A DNA stretch of 64,000 nt from an uncultured Methanosarcinaceae archaeon (GCA_963733675.1 CAVTET010000001.1:1098446-1162445), one strand, 5' to 3'. Positions 46,389-58,350 are shown, numbered from the stretch's first letter. Notes: generated from the letters alone by a model not told the origin. Translations and numbers: made by a program.

Positions 46389-46880
46389 CTATTTTAAAGT
46401 CGAGCCAAACAACCTGGGAAACTGCTCAGTACTTATTGCAGTTCCCATGCAGTTGTTCAGCGTTACTGAGGATAAAAGCCCTATTACCTTCCCTACTTGC
46501 AATATCGGGGAACCGCTATCTCCAGGCTGTGGCAGATCTGAGATGGGAAATAGCAGATAGAGCAATGAAGCCCCGGCATTAATTACTTTGCATTTTATAA
46601 CATGCATATCATTGACAAGTGTAGCAGTTTCCAGTACTTCTGCACTGCCAAATTCGGTGACTTCGAAAATGCAGCCATTAGGAAGCTCTATCAGAGCCAG
46701 ATCAAAATCTTTAAAAATGTTCTTGACAACGAGTTCCCTTCCATCCACTGTCACACGGTCTCCTGTCCCGCGAAATATATGGGAAGCTGCAACTATGCAA
46801 TGTGATCCTTTGAATGAGATAACAGCACCGATAATACAGCGCATATCCTTATAGAAAAAGTAACCGCCTGATCTAATCAT
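46389..46880 (-). CDS. Trypsin-like serine protease domain protein
   Basis: AASH, DLALIEL, PGDSGSP catalytic-triad motifs. Confidence 0.8.
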   Translation of the reverse strand: MIRSGGYFFYKDMRCIIGAVISFKGSHCIVAASHIFRGTGDRVTVDGRELVVKNIFKDFDLALIELPNGCIFEVTEFGSAEVLETATLVNDMHVIKCKVINAGASLLYLLFPISDLPQPGDSGSPILQVGKVIGLLSSVTLNNCMGTAISTEQFPRLFGSTLK

Positions 46881-47124
46881 ATATTTGCCTCATCTGCTGA
46901 TATCACTTAGACGTATTTTATGGTATTTCTGATATTTATTTTAACTCTAAGACGGAGAGTGCCCTTACGCGACACGCATCGGCATGGAAGGTGGGGATAT
47001 TCGATGATATAGCAAATTGGAACTACTGATCCAATAGATTAATTAATGTACCATTGTGTTAAAAACTCAAATGAGCAAGTAAAAAATAAATCACAAAAGA
47101 GTTTAATCATCAGAAAGTAGTAAC

Positions 47125-48228
47125 TTGGAGTTGATTTTCATACCTCATCCGAAAACAGTAGAAGAAATGATTGAGTGTGCTGGGCCTATAGAATGTGACC
47201 TGCTACCCAGGCTTGTTCAGGTGACTGAGACTGCTGCAATTGCTGCAGCATATCAAATGGGGCGTGGTAATAAGATTTTAGCTGACCAGGTGGCAGTTGC
47301 CTCCATGCGGAGAATGCTGAATAAGCTTGATATGAAAGGTATAATCAAAATCGGAGAAGGGGAACGGGATAAAGCCCCTATGCTATACATAGGAGAACAA
47401 GTCGGAACAGGTAGAGGTAATCTTGAAGTTGATATCGCAGTCGATCCTCTTGAAGGAACAAACCTTACGGCCAACGGCGGTCCAGGTTCAGTTGCGGTTA
47501 TGGCCATGGCTGAAAGGGGCGGAATTTTCCATGGCCCTGATATCTACATGGATAAGATCGTTGTAGGGCCAGATGTGGTGCGTTACGAAAGTGAGCATCC
47601 TGATGAGAAGATTGATTTAGATGCTTCTGTCAAGCACAATCTTGGGATAGTTGCCAAAGCTCTCGGGAGGAATATTGGAGAGCTTGTGGTCGTAATTCTA
47701 GATCGGCCCAGGCATGAGCAGAAAATAACCGAAATTAGGGAAGCTGGGGCCCGTATAAGGTTGATTACTGACGGAGACCTTATGCCAGGTATTGCAACTG
47801 CAATCAGGGGGTCAGGCATTCACATGGTTGTGGGTTCAGGGGGCTCAGGTGAAGCTGTCTTGACAGCTGCTGCAATCAAAATTCTGGGGGGTAAAGTCCT
47901 TGCAAGGCTTGTTCTGCCTACGGTTGCAAATGGGCATACCAAGGACAAAATTGATGAAGAGATTGAGGAAAAAATGCCGAGGCTTGAGAAGATGGGGATT
48001 ACCTTGGGGAATCTTAAGGATGTTCTTGATACCGATAAACTTGTGCCAGGTAATGATATTATTTTCTCTGCAACTGCTGTCACTCCTGGCCACTTCCTTC
48101 GCGAAGTAAACCTATTTGGTAGCGGGGATGCCAGGGTACACACTATTTCGATGGGTTCTTCGGGAACTGTCAGGTTCACAGATAGCATTTACATAAAGGA
48201 CAAGCGAGAAACCCCTCTATACCTATAA
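47125..48228 (+). CDS. glpX: Fructose-1,6-bisphosphatase class II
   Basis: IGEGERDKAPML, DIAVDPLEGT, YMDK, LDRPRH, LITDGD; start uncertain. Confidence 0.95.
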   Translation: MELIFIPHPKTVEEMIECAGPIECDLLPRLVQVTETAAIAAAYQMGRGNKILADQVAVASMRRMLNKLDMKGIIKIGEGERDKAPMLYIGEQVGTGRGNLEVDIAVDPLEGTNLTANGGPGSVAVMAMAERGGIFHGPDIYMDKIVVGPDVVRYESEHPDEKIDLDASVKHNLGIVAKALGRNIGELVVVILDRPRHEQKITEIREAGARIRLITDGDLMPGIATAIRGSGIHMVVGSGGSGEAVLTAAAIKILGGKVLARLVLPTVANGHTKDKIDEEIEEKMPRLEKMGITLGNLKDVLDTDKLVPGNDIIFSATAVTPGHFLREVNLFGSGDARVHTISMGSSGTVRFTDSIYIKDKRETPLYL

Positions 48229-48270
48229 ACCCTTTCTTGCTTATCCTTTTATTTTTATTTTGTTTTGAAA
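48229..48270 (+). terminator. Oligo-T archaeal terminator region
   Basis: CCTTTTATTTTTATTTTGTTTTG just after the glpX stop. Confidence 0.4.
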
Positions 48271-48392
48271 AACTGAATACGTGGTGATCAGTTTAAATGT
48301 GAATTGTGAAAACAAGAATTAAGCTTGAAAAAAAGCACTGAATAGACTTAATTAAAAATTTAAGGGTTAAATGCAGATTTAAGAGTTAAAAT

Positions 48393-49703
48393 ATGAGGAT
48401 CTATCTTGAAAGTTTTGGCTGTTCGGCAAGTCAGGCATCGGCTGAAGTCATGAGAGCAATTGTAAAGAAGCTTGGACACGAACTACTGGGTCTAGATACT
48501 GCAGATCAGGCAGAGGTTTATATCTGCAACTCTTGCACTGTCAAATATACAACAGAGCAAAAGATTCTCCACAAAATCCGTAGCTTGGGTGAGAAAAATG
48601 TAGAGGTGATTGTATCTGGCTGTATGCCCGAAGTTCAGCTTGAAGATGTCCTCCATGCAAATCCCGAAGCCCATATTCTGGGTGTAAATGCTGTTTCTAG
48701 TCTTGAAGATCTTCTTTTCTCAATCGAACGAAGGCAAAAACAAGGTATTTTTCGAAAAGAACACCTTGAAATCTATGCCTTTGAACCATTGGGCTTTCTG
48801 AATGTTCCACATGAGCGCTTCAATCCCAATATTCATATTTGCCAGATTTCCCAGGGTTGTAATTTTACTTGTTCCTATTGTGTTGTAAAGTACGCAAGAG
48901 GCAAACTCCACTCGTTTCCACCAAATGAAATTGTTCAGGATATTCAAACTGCAGTCGAAGATGGTTGTAAGGAAATCTGGCTTACTTCTCAGGATGACAG
49001 TCAGTACGGAATGGATACGGGCTTCAAACTCCCCGAACTCCTGCGCATGATTTCTGAAATTTCTGGCGACTTTAGGATAAGAGTTGGTATGATGAATCCT
49101 CTTTCCGTCCAGCCAATTCTTGACGACATCGTAGAAGCCTTTGATTCCGAAAAAATCTTCAAATTCCTCCACCTCCCCATCCAGTCAGCGTCTTACTCTG
49201 TGCTTAAAAAGATGAATCGTATGCATCAAATGGATACTGTGGAAATGATCATTGAAAAATTCCGCTCACGTTTCAGAGATTTGTCCCTCTTCACTGATGT
49301 GATCGTAGGTTTCTGTAATGAAACTGATGAAGACTTCGAAGAAACAGTCAAATGGGTAAAAAAGTACCGGCCGGAAAAAGTAAACATCTCACGTTACTCC
49401 CCTCGAAAGCATACGAAAGCTTTTTCTTTCAGAAACTTAGACTCTCGGATTTCGATTCAGCGTTCTCACTATTTGCACAAAGTGTGTGAACAGATTAAAT
49501 TTGAGTCTAAACAGGAAATTATTGGCTGGAAAGGCAAAGCTTTTGCTTCGAAGTACACAGAAATGGGGGATATTCTCGCGCGAACGGACTCCTATCGTCC
49601 TGTTATCATAAGCGGTTCAGATCTTAGGCCTGGTCAGTGTGCCAATGTAGAAATCGTTGCGTCAAAGCCTGGTTATTTTCTCGGAAAAGTTGTCAATAAA
49701 TAG
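48393..49703 (+). CDS. MiaB-like tRNA t6A37 methylthiotransferase (radical SAM)
   Basis: SFGC, NSCTV, SGC; CNFTCSYC; HLPIQS; TRAM-like C-terminus. Confidence 0.9.
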   Translation: MRIYLESFGCSASQASAEVMRAIVKKLGHELLGLDTADQAEVYICNSCTVKYTTEQKILHKIRSLGEKNVEVIVSGCMPEVQLEDVLHANPEAHILGVNAVSSLEDLLFSIERRQKQGIFRKEHLEIYAFEPLGFLNVPHERFNPNIHICQISQGCNFTCSYCVVKYARGKLHSFPPNEIVQDIQTAVEDGCKEIWLTSQDDSQYGMDTGFKLPELLRMISEISGDFRIRVGMMNPLSVQPILDDIVEAFDSEKIFKFLHLPIQSASYSVLKKMNRMHQMDTVEMIIEKFRSRFRDLSLFTDVIVGFCNETDEDFEETVKWVKKYRPEKVNISRYSPRKHTKAFSFRNLDSRISIQRSHYLHKVCEQIKFESKQEIIGWKGKAFASKYTEMGDILARTDSYRPVIISGSDLRPGQCANVEIVASKPGYFLGKVVNK

Positions 49704-49724
49704 ATCAGGCCTTAACTCCAAGGC

Positions 49725-50501
49725 TTGACGTCCCTTCTCAGCATGCATCAGCGTGGCATGTGGGCTGAGAACCGTCCACTTCATATCTTTTTTTAAGAGA
49801 CCTTAAATCTAAATGTTTATCGTTATATATTATATGAAAACTATGAAGTATACTATGTGTTGATAGAGCCATTAGTATATGCATTCAACTGTCATTTTGT
49901 GCAATGCTTAAAATACAGAAGAGGAGTCTTTTATGGTCAATAGATAGTGGATTTACTAAAATCTAAAATTTATGATCTAAGTAAAACTTTTGATGCAGAA
50001 ATTCTAGATGTTGAGTGTGATATAGATCGTTTTCAGATAAATTTCACATCAAAACCAATATTGATATTTCAAAATATATCAATATTATCTCAACAATCTG
50101 TTTAAGAGAAATAGATAAAATTTTCATGATGTTACAAAAATGTTATGGTAAAACAGCTTCTGGTCAAGATTATATTTCATAGTACCAGCATAACAAATGC
50201 TATTGGATACTTTGGGAACATATGTTGCGTGTCAGATCAACAGGTAACTAGCGAAGAAAATACAAATTTATCCAACTGAAGAACAGGTTAATGTTATCTG
50301 GGAACTATTCGACAAATGTAGGTAGTCTATAATTTCGCTCTTGCAGATAGAAAGGATGCTTATGATAAAGGAATGCATAATTTAAAATATGCTTAACAAC
50401 AAAATAAGCTACCTGATCTCAAAAAATGGACTCCTGAATTCAACATAGTATATTCATAAACATTTCAAAGTGTGTTGAAAAAACTTGATAGTAGTTATCA
50501 C
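49725..50501 (+). mobile_element. IS200/IS605 relic: end hairpin, tnpA pseudogene, tnpB 5' fragment cut by IS6
   Basis: TTCTCAGC..GCTGAGAA hairpin; HFVQCLKYRR, ECDIDRF, FWSR; KIQIYPTEEQ...DKCR. Confidence 0.75.
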
Positions 50502-51356
50502 GGTTCCGTTGCAAAAACTTCAACAAAATATGTAAATCTATAAGTGATTAATAAAAATCAAAACATTCAAGGAAAATGTACTAACATTATAAAACTATAC
50601 CAAATAATTGATTAATGTATTTGACTTCATTAAGAACAGAGTAATTTAGATCGATTATTTGTCCTTTTTTGATCATATTTATAGCTTCAATTCCTTTTAA
50701 AGTCTTATTAGCAGATCGAAAAGACTGAAATCCTAACATTGGATTAACGATTCTCTTTATAGATCTGTGATCTTGTTCTATAATGTTATTCAAATACTTG
50801 ATTTGTCTAATGCCTATGTTTTTAGGTAGTATTTTATCATTTTTCAGTTTATCTATAGCAGGTGGATAAGCTGGATTCTTATCAACGGTTATTAATCTTG
50901 GAATTTGATTATGATTAGAACTTAAAGCTTTCTTAAAAAATCTCTTCGCTGCATTTCGATTTCGTGTTACACTTAACATGAAATCAATTGTATCTCCATT
51001 TGAGTCAACTGCTCGGTAAAAATATTTCCATTTACCTTTTATTTTGATATAGGTTTCATCAACTTTCCACGAATAGTTTGTTGGTCTTAAATGTCTTCTT
51101 ATCTTCTTTTCTAGTTCAGGGGAATATTGATGTACCCATCTCATGATTGTTGTATGGTCGACTTTTACTCCCCTTTCTGCCATCATTTCCTTTAAATTTC
51201 TATAACTTAATGCATATTTTAAGTACCATCTTACATTCAATAAGATAATTTCCCCTTCATAATGCTTCCATTTAAAGGAATTAGATAGCATGTTACTATC
51301 TTTGGTTTTCTTTTTATTCTATTGTATCATTAGAAAGGATTTTTTGCAAAGGAACC
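50502..51356 (-). mobile_element. IS6 copy F (855 bp), intact transposase
   Basis: TIRs (one mismatch); full ORF. Confidence 0.95.
50587..51291 (-). CDS. IS6-family DDE transposase
   Basis: 234 aa, near-identical to 29032..29736. Confidence 0.95.
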   Translation of the reverse strand: MLSNSFKWKHYEGEIILLNVRWYLKYALSYRNLKEMMAERGVKVDHTTIMRWVHQYSPELEKKIRRHLRPTNYSWKVDETYIKIKGKWKYFYRAVDSNGDTIDFMLSVTRNRNAAKRFFKKALSSNHNQIPRLITVDKNPAYPPAIDKLKNDKILPKNIGIRQIKYLNNIIEQDHRSIKRIVNPMLGFQSFRSANKTLKGIEAINMIKKGQIIDLNYSVLNEVKYINQLFGIVL

Positions 51357-52345
51357 TATTTTGGAATCGAAGTACCAGTATTTTAACTTTAGTTAGATAG
51401 AGTGTTTAGAACAAAATATGAAATAGAAGTGCTTTGAACAAAAAGTTGGATGTTCCATCAGTTTTGTATAAATCTGATTTACTTTATATCAGTGATGTAC
51501 ATAGTTTTCTGTAAAATTAAAAAAGTCATAGATTCAATGCAGTTAATATCAAATATGCTGAAGTGCAACATTTTTATGCACAGTTTTGTATCTAAATCTA
51601 TACATTTTCGAAGTTCCAAACAAAATAAATATAGTACTCGAAACAAAATTACAAATATGAATAAACGGAATCAAAAACTCAATTTTCCAATACCAGAGTC
51701 TCGATTAATCAATTTCTAATAAATCTTCATTACTTTACTTTCAATAAAAAATAATTTCCTAATGTGTTTTTCTATGCTGTTTACGTCAATATCTAGGTGT
51801 TAGTCGAATAGCAATCGTTCATCCCAAAATACATATATGCTAGTCTTTTGGTTTGGGATATGGATTATATAAACTAAATAGTTTATGATATTACAATATG
51901 ATATATATCCAAAAAATATATATTTTCTCGCGTTCATGTAATATCTGATCCATAAATGCACTATTGCATAGATCCAAAAATAAAGTAGTTAAATGTAGGA
52001 GTGTAGTTATGTGTCTAAAAATAAAAAAATTGCTAAAAATCTCTTCAATAGATAATGTATGTTATCCACAACTTATAAGATCTATTTTTTTTATATGTCG
52101 CTGATACTCATGGCACTTCAATTATTCACTTCTGTTATCTTGTTAAGGATTGGGTTCCATATCTCTAAGGTATTCCTGTGAAATCAGAAAGCTTAAAATT
52201 AAATCAACTTTTACAATTATATAATGAGCAATCTTGACTTTAAATGCAGTACTGCTCATTATTTACGTTTATTCACATTACTTCTCAAAAACATGAATGT
52301 GGCACAAAATAATAAAAATCAGATAACATATACCACAAAACTAAA

Positions 52346-53371
52346 TTGGTTGAATCAATGCTATCTAAAAATAAAAGCCAAGAAACTAGAATTATTACTC
52401 AGGCAAATCTGAAAGTTTCTCAGGAAAACCAGATCATCGAACGTTTTATCAGAGCTATTGATCAATTAGAAAATCCAGCAATAGATATTCGGTTAGGTGG
52501 GATATATGCCCTTGAAAGAATTGCAAATGAATCGGAGAAAGACTATTGGCCAATTATGGAATTTTTTACGGCTTATGTTAGGAAGAGCTCTTGTGTTAAT
52601 AGTCGATTAAAAGAATTTTCAAAAATACGAAAGACACCTTTCGATATTCAAGCAATTCTTACTGCGATTGGAAAGCGTAAAAATTATTTAAATGATAGAG
52701 AGCCCAACTGGCTAAATTTGCGAAAAACTTATCTTGAAGGAGCTAACCTTAAAGATGCTCATCTTGAAGGAGCTAATCTTATGAATTCTCATCTCGAAGG
52801 AGCTAATCTTATGAGTTCTCATCTTGAAGAAGCTAACCTTATGAATGCTCATCTTGAAGAAGCTAATCTTATGAATGCTAATATTGGAGGAGCTAATCTT
52901 ATTGTTACTCATTTTGAAGAAGCTGAACTTTCGGGTTCTAATCTTGAAAAATCTGATCTTAGGGGTGCTTATCTTGAAGGAGCTAACCTTAAAGATGCTC
53001 ATCTTGAAAAATCGAAACTTTGTGGCGCTCATCTTGAAGGAGCAAACCTTATGGATACCAATCTTGAAGGAGCTGATCTCATGGGTGCTTATCTTGAAGG
53101 AGCTAATCTTATTGGTGCTCATCTTGAAGAAGCAAATCTTAAAGGTACCAATCTTGAAGGAGCTTGTCTTAAAATGGCTAATCTTGGAGAGGCAGATTTT
53201 AAAGATGCTTATCTTAAAGGAGCTGACCTTAAAAGAACTTATTTGAAAGGAGCCAAGAACTTATCAATTGAACAACTTTCTAAAGTTAAAACACTTTATA
53301 AAGCAGAGATGGATGAATCTCTTCGCGCATCACTCAAAAAGGAATGTTCTGCTCTTTTTGAAGAACCTTAA
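52346..53371 (+). CDS. Pentapeptide-repeat protein (N-terminus possibly lost)
   Basis: ERFIRAIDQL...RLGGIYALERIA, DIQAIL; long AxLxx array with 15-nt periodicity. Confidence 0.85.
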   Translation: MVESMLSKNKSQETRIITQANLKVSQENQIIERFIRAIDQLENPAIDIRLGGIYALERIANESEKDYWPIMEFFTAYVRKSSCVNSRLKEFSKIRKTPFDIQAILTAIGKRKNYLNDREPNWLNLRKTYLEGANLKDAHLEGANLMNSHLEGANLMSSHLEEANLMNAHLEEANLMNANIGGANLIVTHFEEAELSGSNLEKSDLRGAYLEGANLKDAHLEKSKLCGAHLEGANLMDTNLEGADLMGAYLEGANLIGAHLEEANLKGTNLEGACLKMANLGEADFKDAYLKGADLKRTYLKGAKNLSIEQLSKVKTLYKAEMDESLRASLKKECSALFEEP

Positions 53372-53634
53372 TGAATTCTTTTTATAACCAGACACTTGAT
53401 TTAACTCTCATGAATGCACAGTTTTTGTAACTAAACCTATTCATCAGTGAGAATAATAGAGTTTATTATAAAACAATCTAAATTTAATTTTGTTGTTTAT
53501 TGTTAAAATTTTTTATAAGGAAATAAATTTTATTCTGAATCTATCTTTTTAATAATTTATTTCAAATAATTAAAGAAACGAAATAATTGCATATTTATAG
53601 TTCAAAGCAAACAGGTCAAAAGGACTTAGAAATT

Positions 53635-55286
53635 ATGTATAAGACAGTTATTCAATATCTTTTAAATAGATTAAAACAGCTGGGTATCAATGATATTTTC
53701 GGTGTTCCAGGAGACTACGCTTTTCCTATTAACAATGCCATATGTGAAGACAAGAAACTACGCTGGATCGGTTGCTGCAACGAGCTAAATGCCGCTTATG
53801 CAGCGGATGGTTATGCTCGTATCAATGGCATGTCAGCGCTGTCTACTACCTTTGGGGTGGGTGAACTGTCCGCATTATGTGGTATAGCAGGCTCTTATGG
53901 GGAACACAATGTGATATTTCACATTGTTGGAATGCCGAACATGCAAATTCTGCAAAATCACGCCATAGTACATCATACGCTTGGCAATGGAGAATTTGAT
54001 CTATTTATGAAAATGGCTACCCCAGTCGTATGTGCGAAGACTGTGCTTACCCCGGAAAACTGCATTTACGAAGTTGAGCGAGTCATAGCAGCAGCCATAG
54101 AATTTCATCGTCCCGTCTACATTGCCATACCTAAAAACTATGTCAATGAAAATGTCTCACTTTACCCTGCATTAACAAAAGCACCTATAAAAGTGATCCC
54201 GAAGTGCTAGAAGAAGTAGTTTCGATCATTATAAATAAATTATCTAATTCAAAGCAAGCCTGTATTATGCCCGGTATTTTTGTTGATAGGTTCGGACTCA
54301 AAGACTTGACTACGATCATAGTTAATGCTTCTGGCTTACCTTACGTGACCATGGCAATGGATAAATCGGTGCTTGATGAAACTAATCCTTCTTATCTGGG
54401 ATTTTATATAGCGGAAGTCTTGTGAATCCTGAAATTAGGGATTTCGTGGAATCCTGTGACTGTATACTAGCCATAGGTGCTATCTTGTCTGATATAAATT
54501 TGGGAGGAGTAGGTAAATTCACGACAAAACTGGACAAATCCCGTATTATCAATATCATGCCTTCAAATGTATATATCGGGCATGCTAATTATACTAATTT
54601 AAAAATGTTAGATGTCCTAGATGAACTCAGCAAAAAGCTTCATAAACGTATTGATGTCAGGGGACCTAAAGCTAAGCAACCCATAATGCCTAAGATAGAC
54701 GTTGGCAACCAAATAACGGCTGATTATTTATATGCAAGCTATGCTAATTTTTTTAAGCCAGATGATATAATAGATGATATAATTATAGTGGATTCAGGTA
54801 CTTCCTTCTTTGGGTTACTGCCAATATTTTTACCTAAAGGATCTCAATTCCATAGCCAAGCCCTATGGAGCTATAGGATGGGCTACTCCCGCTTCCTTCG
54901 GCGCCTCGCTGGCTGCACCAGATCGGAGAGTAATTCTTATAACAGGCGAAGGGGCACACCAGATGACTGCCCAAGAAGTCTGCCAGTTTTACCGCTATGG
55001 TCTAAAGCCGATCATTTTTGTTCTGAATAATAATGGCTACCTAGTAGAAAGAATGCTATCCAAGAAACTCGATTACTGTTATAATGACCTGGCACAGTGG
55101 CAATATCATAAATTACCAGAGATACTTGGCTGTGATGGGTGGGTGACAAAAAGAGCCACCACCTGTGATGAGCTGGATAAGATTATGAAAGAGCTGGATA
55201 ACACTAAAACTGGCGCATATATAGAAATACTTACGCCACAGATGTCAGCACCCCCGCTTATGGAGGTAATTCATAGAAACTTGTAG
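53635..55286 (+). pseudogene. ThDP-dependent alpha-keto acid (pyruvate/indolepyruvate) decarboxylase, three frameshifts
   Basis: FGVPGD, NELNAAYAADGYAR, TTFGVGELSA, HHTLG, GAIGW, GEG...NNNGY across four ORFs. Confidence 0.9.
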
Positions 55287-55359
55287 ACGCTACAAGTGAA
55301 ATCATTCAGAGAGTTGGCCTCGCAGAAGCACCCTTTTAGATTCGATAGGAATTTTATTT

Positions 55360-55780
55360 ATGAAAGAAAATGAGACGATTGTTGAACATCTAAACACTCG
55401 TTTACCGATGAACTGATAGCTATCAAATAGTACACTAACCATGCCTAGATGTGCAAAGATTGAAATTACAAGCAACTGGAAGAAATGATCCAGAAGTGAG
55501 TCATCGCCAAAATGAGGCATACGGAAGAGCTGATCACATTGATCTTTTTCCTCGAAATGGAGCCAATAATCAGCAAACTGAACCAAATAATCATCGGCGC
55601 CGAAGTGCCAAATATGCATAAGTATGACCATGGAGCCAAAGAAACGACGATTCGATGTTACAACGAAAGCAGCCACCTAACGGGGGAGAGAAGAGGACCA
55701 CATCGAATGAAATCGAAGTCCAACTCGATCAAATCAAACAGATGGATGTCGGGAACTATCTGGAGGAGCGGATTTACTGA
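55360..55780 (+). pseudogene. bfr: Bacterioferritin
   Basis: MKENETIVEHLN..DELIAIK*Y..H..MCKD*NY...MRHTEELI.LIFFLE...QLDQIKQMDVGNYLEE; multiple stops. Confidence 0.75.
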
Positions 55781-56440
55781 GGGGGTGCTTGCTATATCTA
55801 CGCACTTTTGAGGAGGGGCCATTGGGGAGTTCACCTATGAAAACTCCTCGATAAAGAGCAAAAATAGATTTGTTATCAAGTACATAAATTGTTCTACTAA
55901 ACTTAAATGCAAAGTTGGGCTATGGAAAGCATAGAAAACAAGATCATAAGGGGGTGAGAGAACCTTGGTATATTTCTCTACTTTTTTCCCGTGGTTATAG
56001 AATTTCGAGTAACTTAAGTGTCAATAATTAGGTTCGCATCTATGATTGATTTTTAAAAATATCATTAATTAATATGTGACTCTAATTAATCTAGCCGCAT
56101 CTTAAACGTTCAATAGAAAACCTAATAACTAATTTAGGACTTACGCAGTTGAACTTGAAAATCAATAGCATTAAACTTTGAGCCGTATAAAAGAAAATTT
56201 TAAATCACAGTTTTTATGTTGGGTAATAGTGCAAAAAATGGTAGTTGAAAGCTGAAATTGAGAATATACATATATTTTACTTGAAAACCTATGTAGCAAT
56301 GAAACAAGAAAAACATAAACTTTGTCAGCATAATATTAACTTTTCATCCGATTTCTAAATTAAAATATTTAAGCAGTATAATATAGTGCAAGTTGAAGAT
56401 ACGTAATAAGTCGGAGTCCTGGATTCTCATAAACTGGTCT

Positions 56441-58350
56441 ATGGAGATATACATACCAATTGATCCTACAATTAACTTTGGAAAAGAAAGAGTATTTGTT
56501 GATAGGGAACTCTGTATTCAGGCTTTCAGAGAGAACATCCAGAATTCAGGAACTCAAAAATACAATATTTTATTTTACCATGGTATCGCAGGCATCGGAA
56601 AAAGCAAATTGCAAGAAGAGTTGAAAAAGATACTGGATGAAGAATATCCCTATATATTTTGGGTTTCTATCGATTTCGACGTAAGTATTTTTCGGGACAT
56701 AAGTACATTTCTCATAACCTTACGAAACAAAATCCAGGAAAAATGTGATGCAGAATTTTATCTTTTTAATGCTGTTCATGCGATATACTTGAAAAAAGCT
56801 CATCCCGAAATTCCACTCCAAAAACAAAATTATCCCTTGATTGAGAAAGGAGGATTTTTAGAAAAGATTATAAACGTTCTTGAGAGCTATGGACAAATTA
56901 TATTCGCGTGGGAAATCCTAAACAGAGCTTCAGAAAGCTTCAAAAGGTGGCTTCATCTACACAACATTAGCATTTCCAAAGTGGAATTATTTGAGCCGAA
57001 TAGGATCAAAGAATTACTACCAGCTATTTTTGCCGCTGATTTTTCTGAATACTTATATGAAAATTCTAACGTATACATTTTTATTGACACTTACGAAGCT
57101 CTCTGGGAAGGTATAAGAGATAAAAATACTTTACATCAAAATGATAAATGGATAAGGGATGACCTTATCTCAAACATGCCTGGAATTTCATGGGTAATAT
57201 CTGGGAGAGAAAAATTACTATGGGCTTCTATATGTGATCCAGACTGGGAAATGTTTCTGGAACAACATCAAGTAGAAGAGCTTCCAGAAAACGAATGTAT
57301 CAGATTTTTAGAAGATTGTTGTATTGAAAATGAAGATATTCGAGATATAATAATTGAAGCTAGTGAAGGAGTTCCTTACTACCTAAACTTGTCTGTAGAT
57401 ACTTTTGAAAAGATAAAGATCTACAAAAAAAACAGCCAATTTCAGAAGACTTCGGAAAGACACAACCAGAAATCTTCAACAAATTTGTGGAATACCTGGG
57501 TAGAAATGAAACACGCTCTCTAGAAGTACTCTCAGCAATTAATTTATGGGATCAAGATCTGTTCGAGATATTAATGACAAAGTTTGATCGGGGACTTCAA
57601 GTTTGTACCTTTTCAGATCTGATCAAGTATTCATTTATCAAAGAAGACACTAATGGGAAATATTCTATTCATCAGTTGATGAGAAAAAGCCTTCGGGAAT
57701 ATCAAGATCCTGTTAACAGAAAAAATGTCCATAAATTCATGTTTGAGCACTACAAGAACAAACTAGAAAAAATGGGTACTAAATCAATCACTCAAGAACA
57801 AGAAAAAGCCCTGAACGAAGCATTTTATCACGCAAAAAAAATACTTGAAACCAAAGATTTGCTCAATTGGGTTATTGCTGCTTCGGGTCCGTTCAAAAGT
57901 GCAGCACTTTGGCAACTAATTGCCCCTATATATGAAGAAACACTGCAAATTCTGGAAGTAAAACTCGGAGCTGAACATCAAGATGTTGCAACAACCCTAA
58001 ACAATCTCGCAGAACTCTATTGCCTGATAGGAGATTACAAAAAAGCACTCCCACTTTATCAAAGGGCACTTGAAATCTATGAAAAGGTTCTGGGGGCCCA
58101 ACACCCATCTGTTGCAACAATCCTAAACAATCTCGCTGGACTCTATGAAAACATGGGTGAATACGAAAGAGCACTCCCACTTTTTCAAGAGGCACTTGAG
58201 ATTCGTGAAAAGGTTCTGGGGGCCCAACACCCATCTGTTGCAACAACCCTAAACAATCTCGCTGGACTCTATCATCAGATGGGAGATCACGAAAAAGCAC
58301 TCAAACTTTATCAAAGCACAGGAAAAAGTTCAAATTATCAAAAACAATAG
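56441..58350 (+). pseudogene. STAND-like P-loop ATPase-TPR protein, split at an A8 run
   Basis: FVDRE, GIAGIGKS (Walker A), IFIDTYE (Walker B), GVPYYL, YSIHQLMR; HPSVATTLNNLA TPRs; frame change near 57425-57432. Confidence 0.8.

Noticed and set aside
46930-47010. GC-rich patch between the protease gene and glpX as tRNA or ncRNA
   Set aside because: No cloverleaf, no T-loop GTTCRA and no convincing stem.
42140-48188. Multiple short ORFs overlapping ahcY, the protease gene and glpX
   Set aside because: Alternate-frame or antisense shadows of well-supported genes.
52712-53246. ORFs 52712..53122 (-) and 52875..53246 (+), and the 15-nt periodic DNA as a possible CRISPR-like array
   Set aside because: Shadows of pentapeptide-repeat codons; no unique spacers.
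25090-55450. Other TAG codons in the sod, pentapeptide, Gly-rich and bfr relics as pyrrolysine
   Set aside because: These genes carry further stops, frameshifts or truncations.
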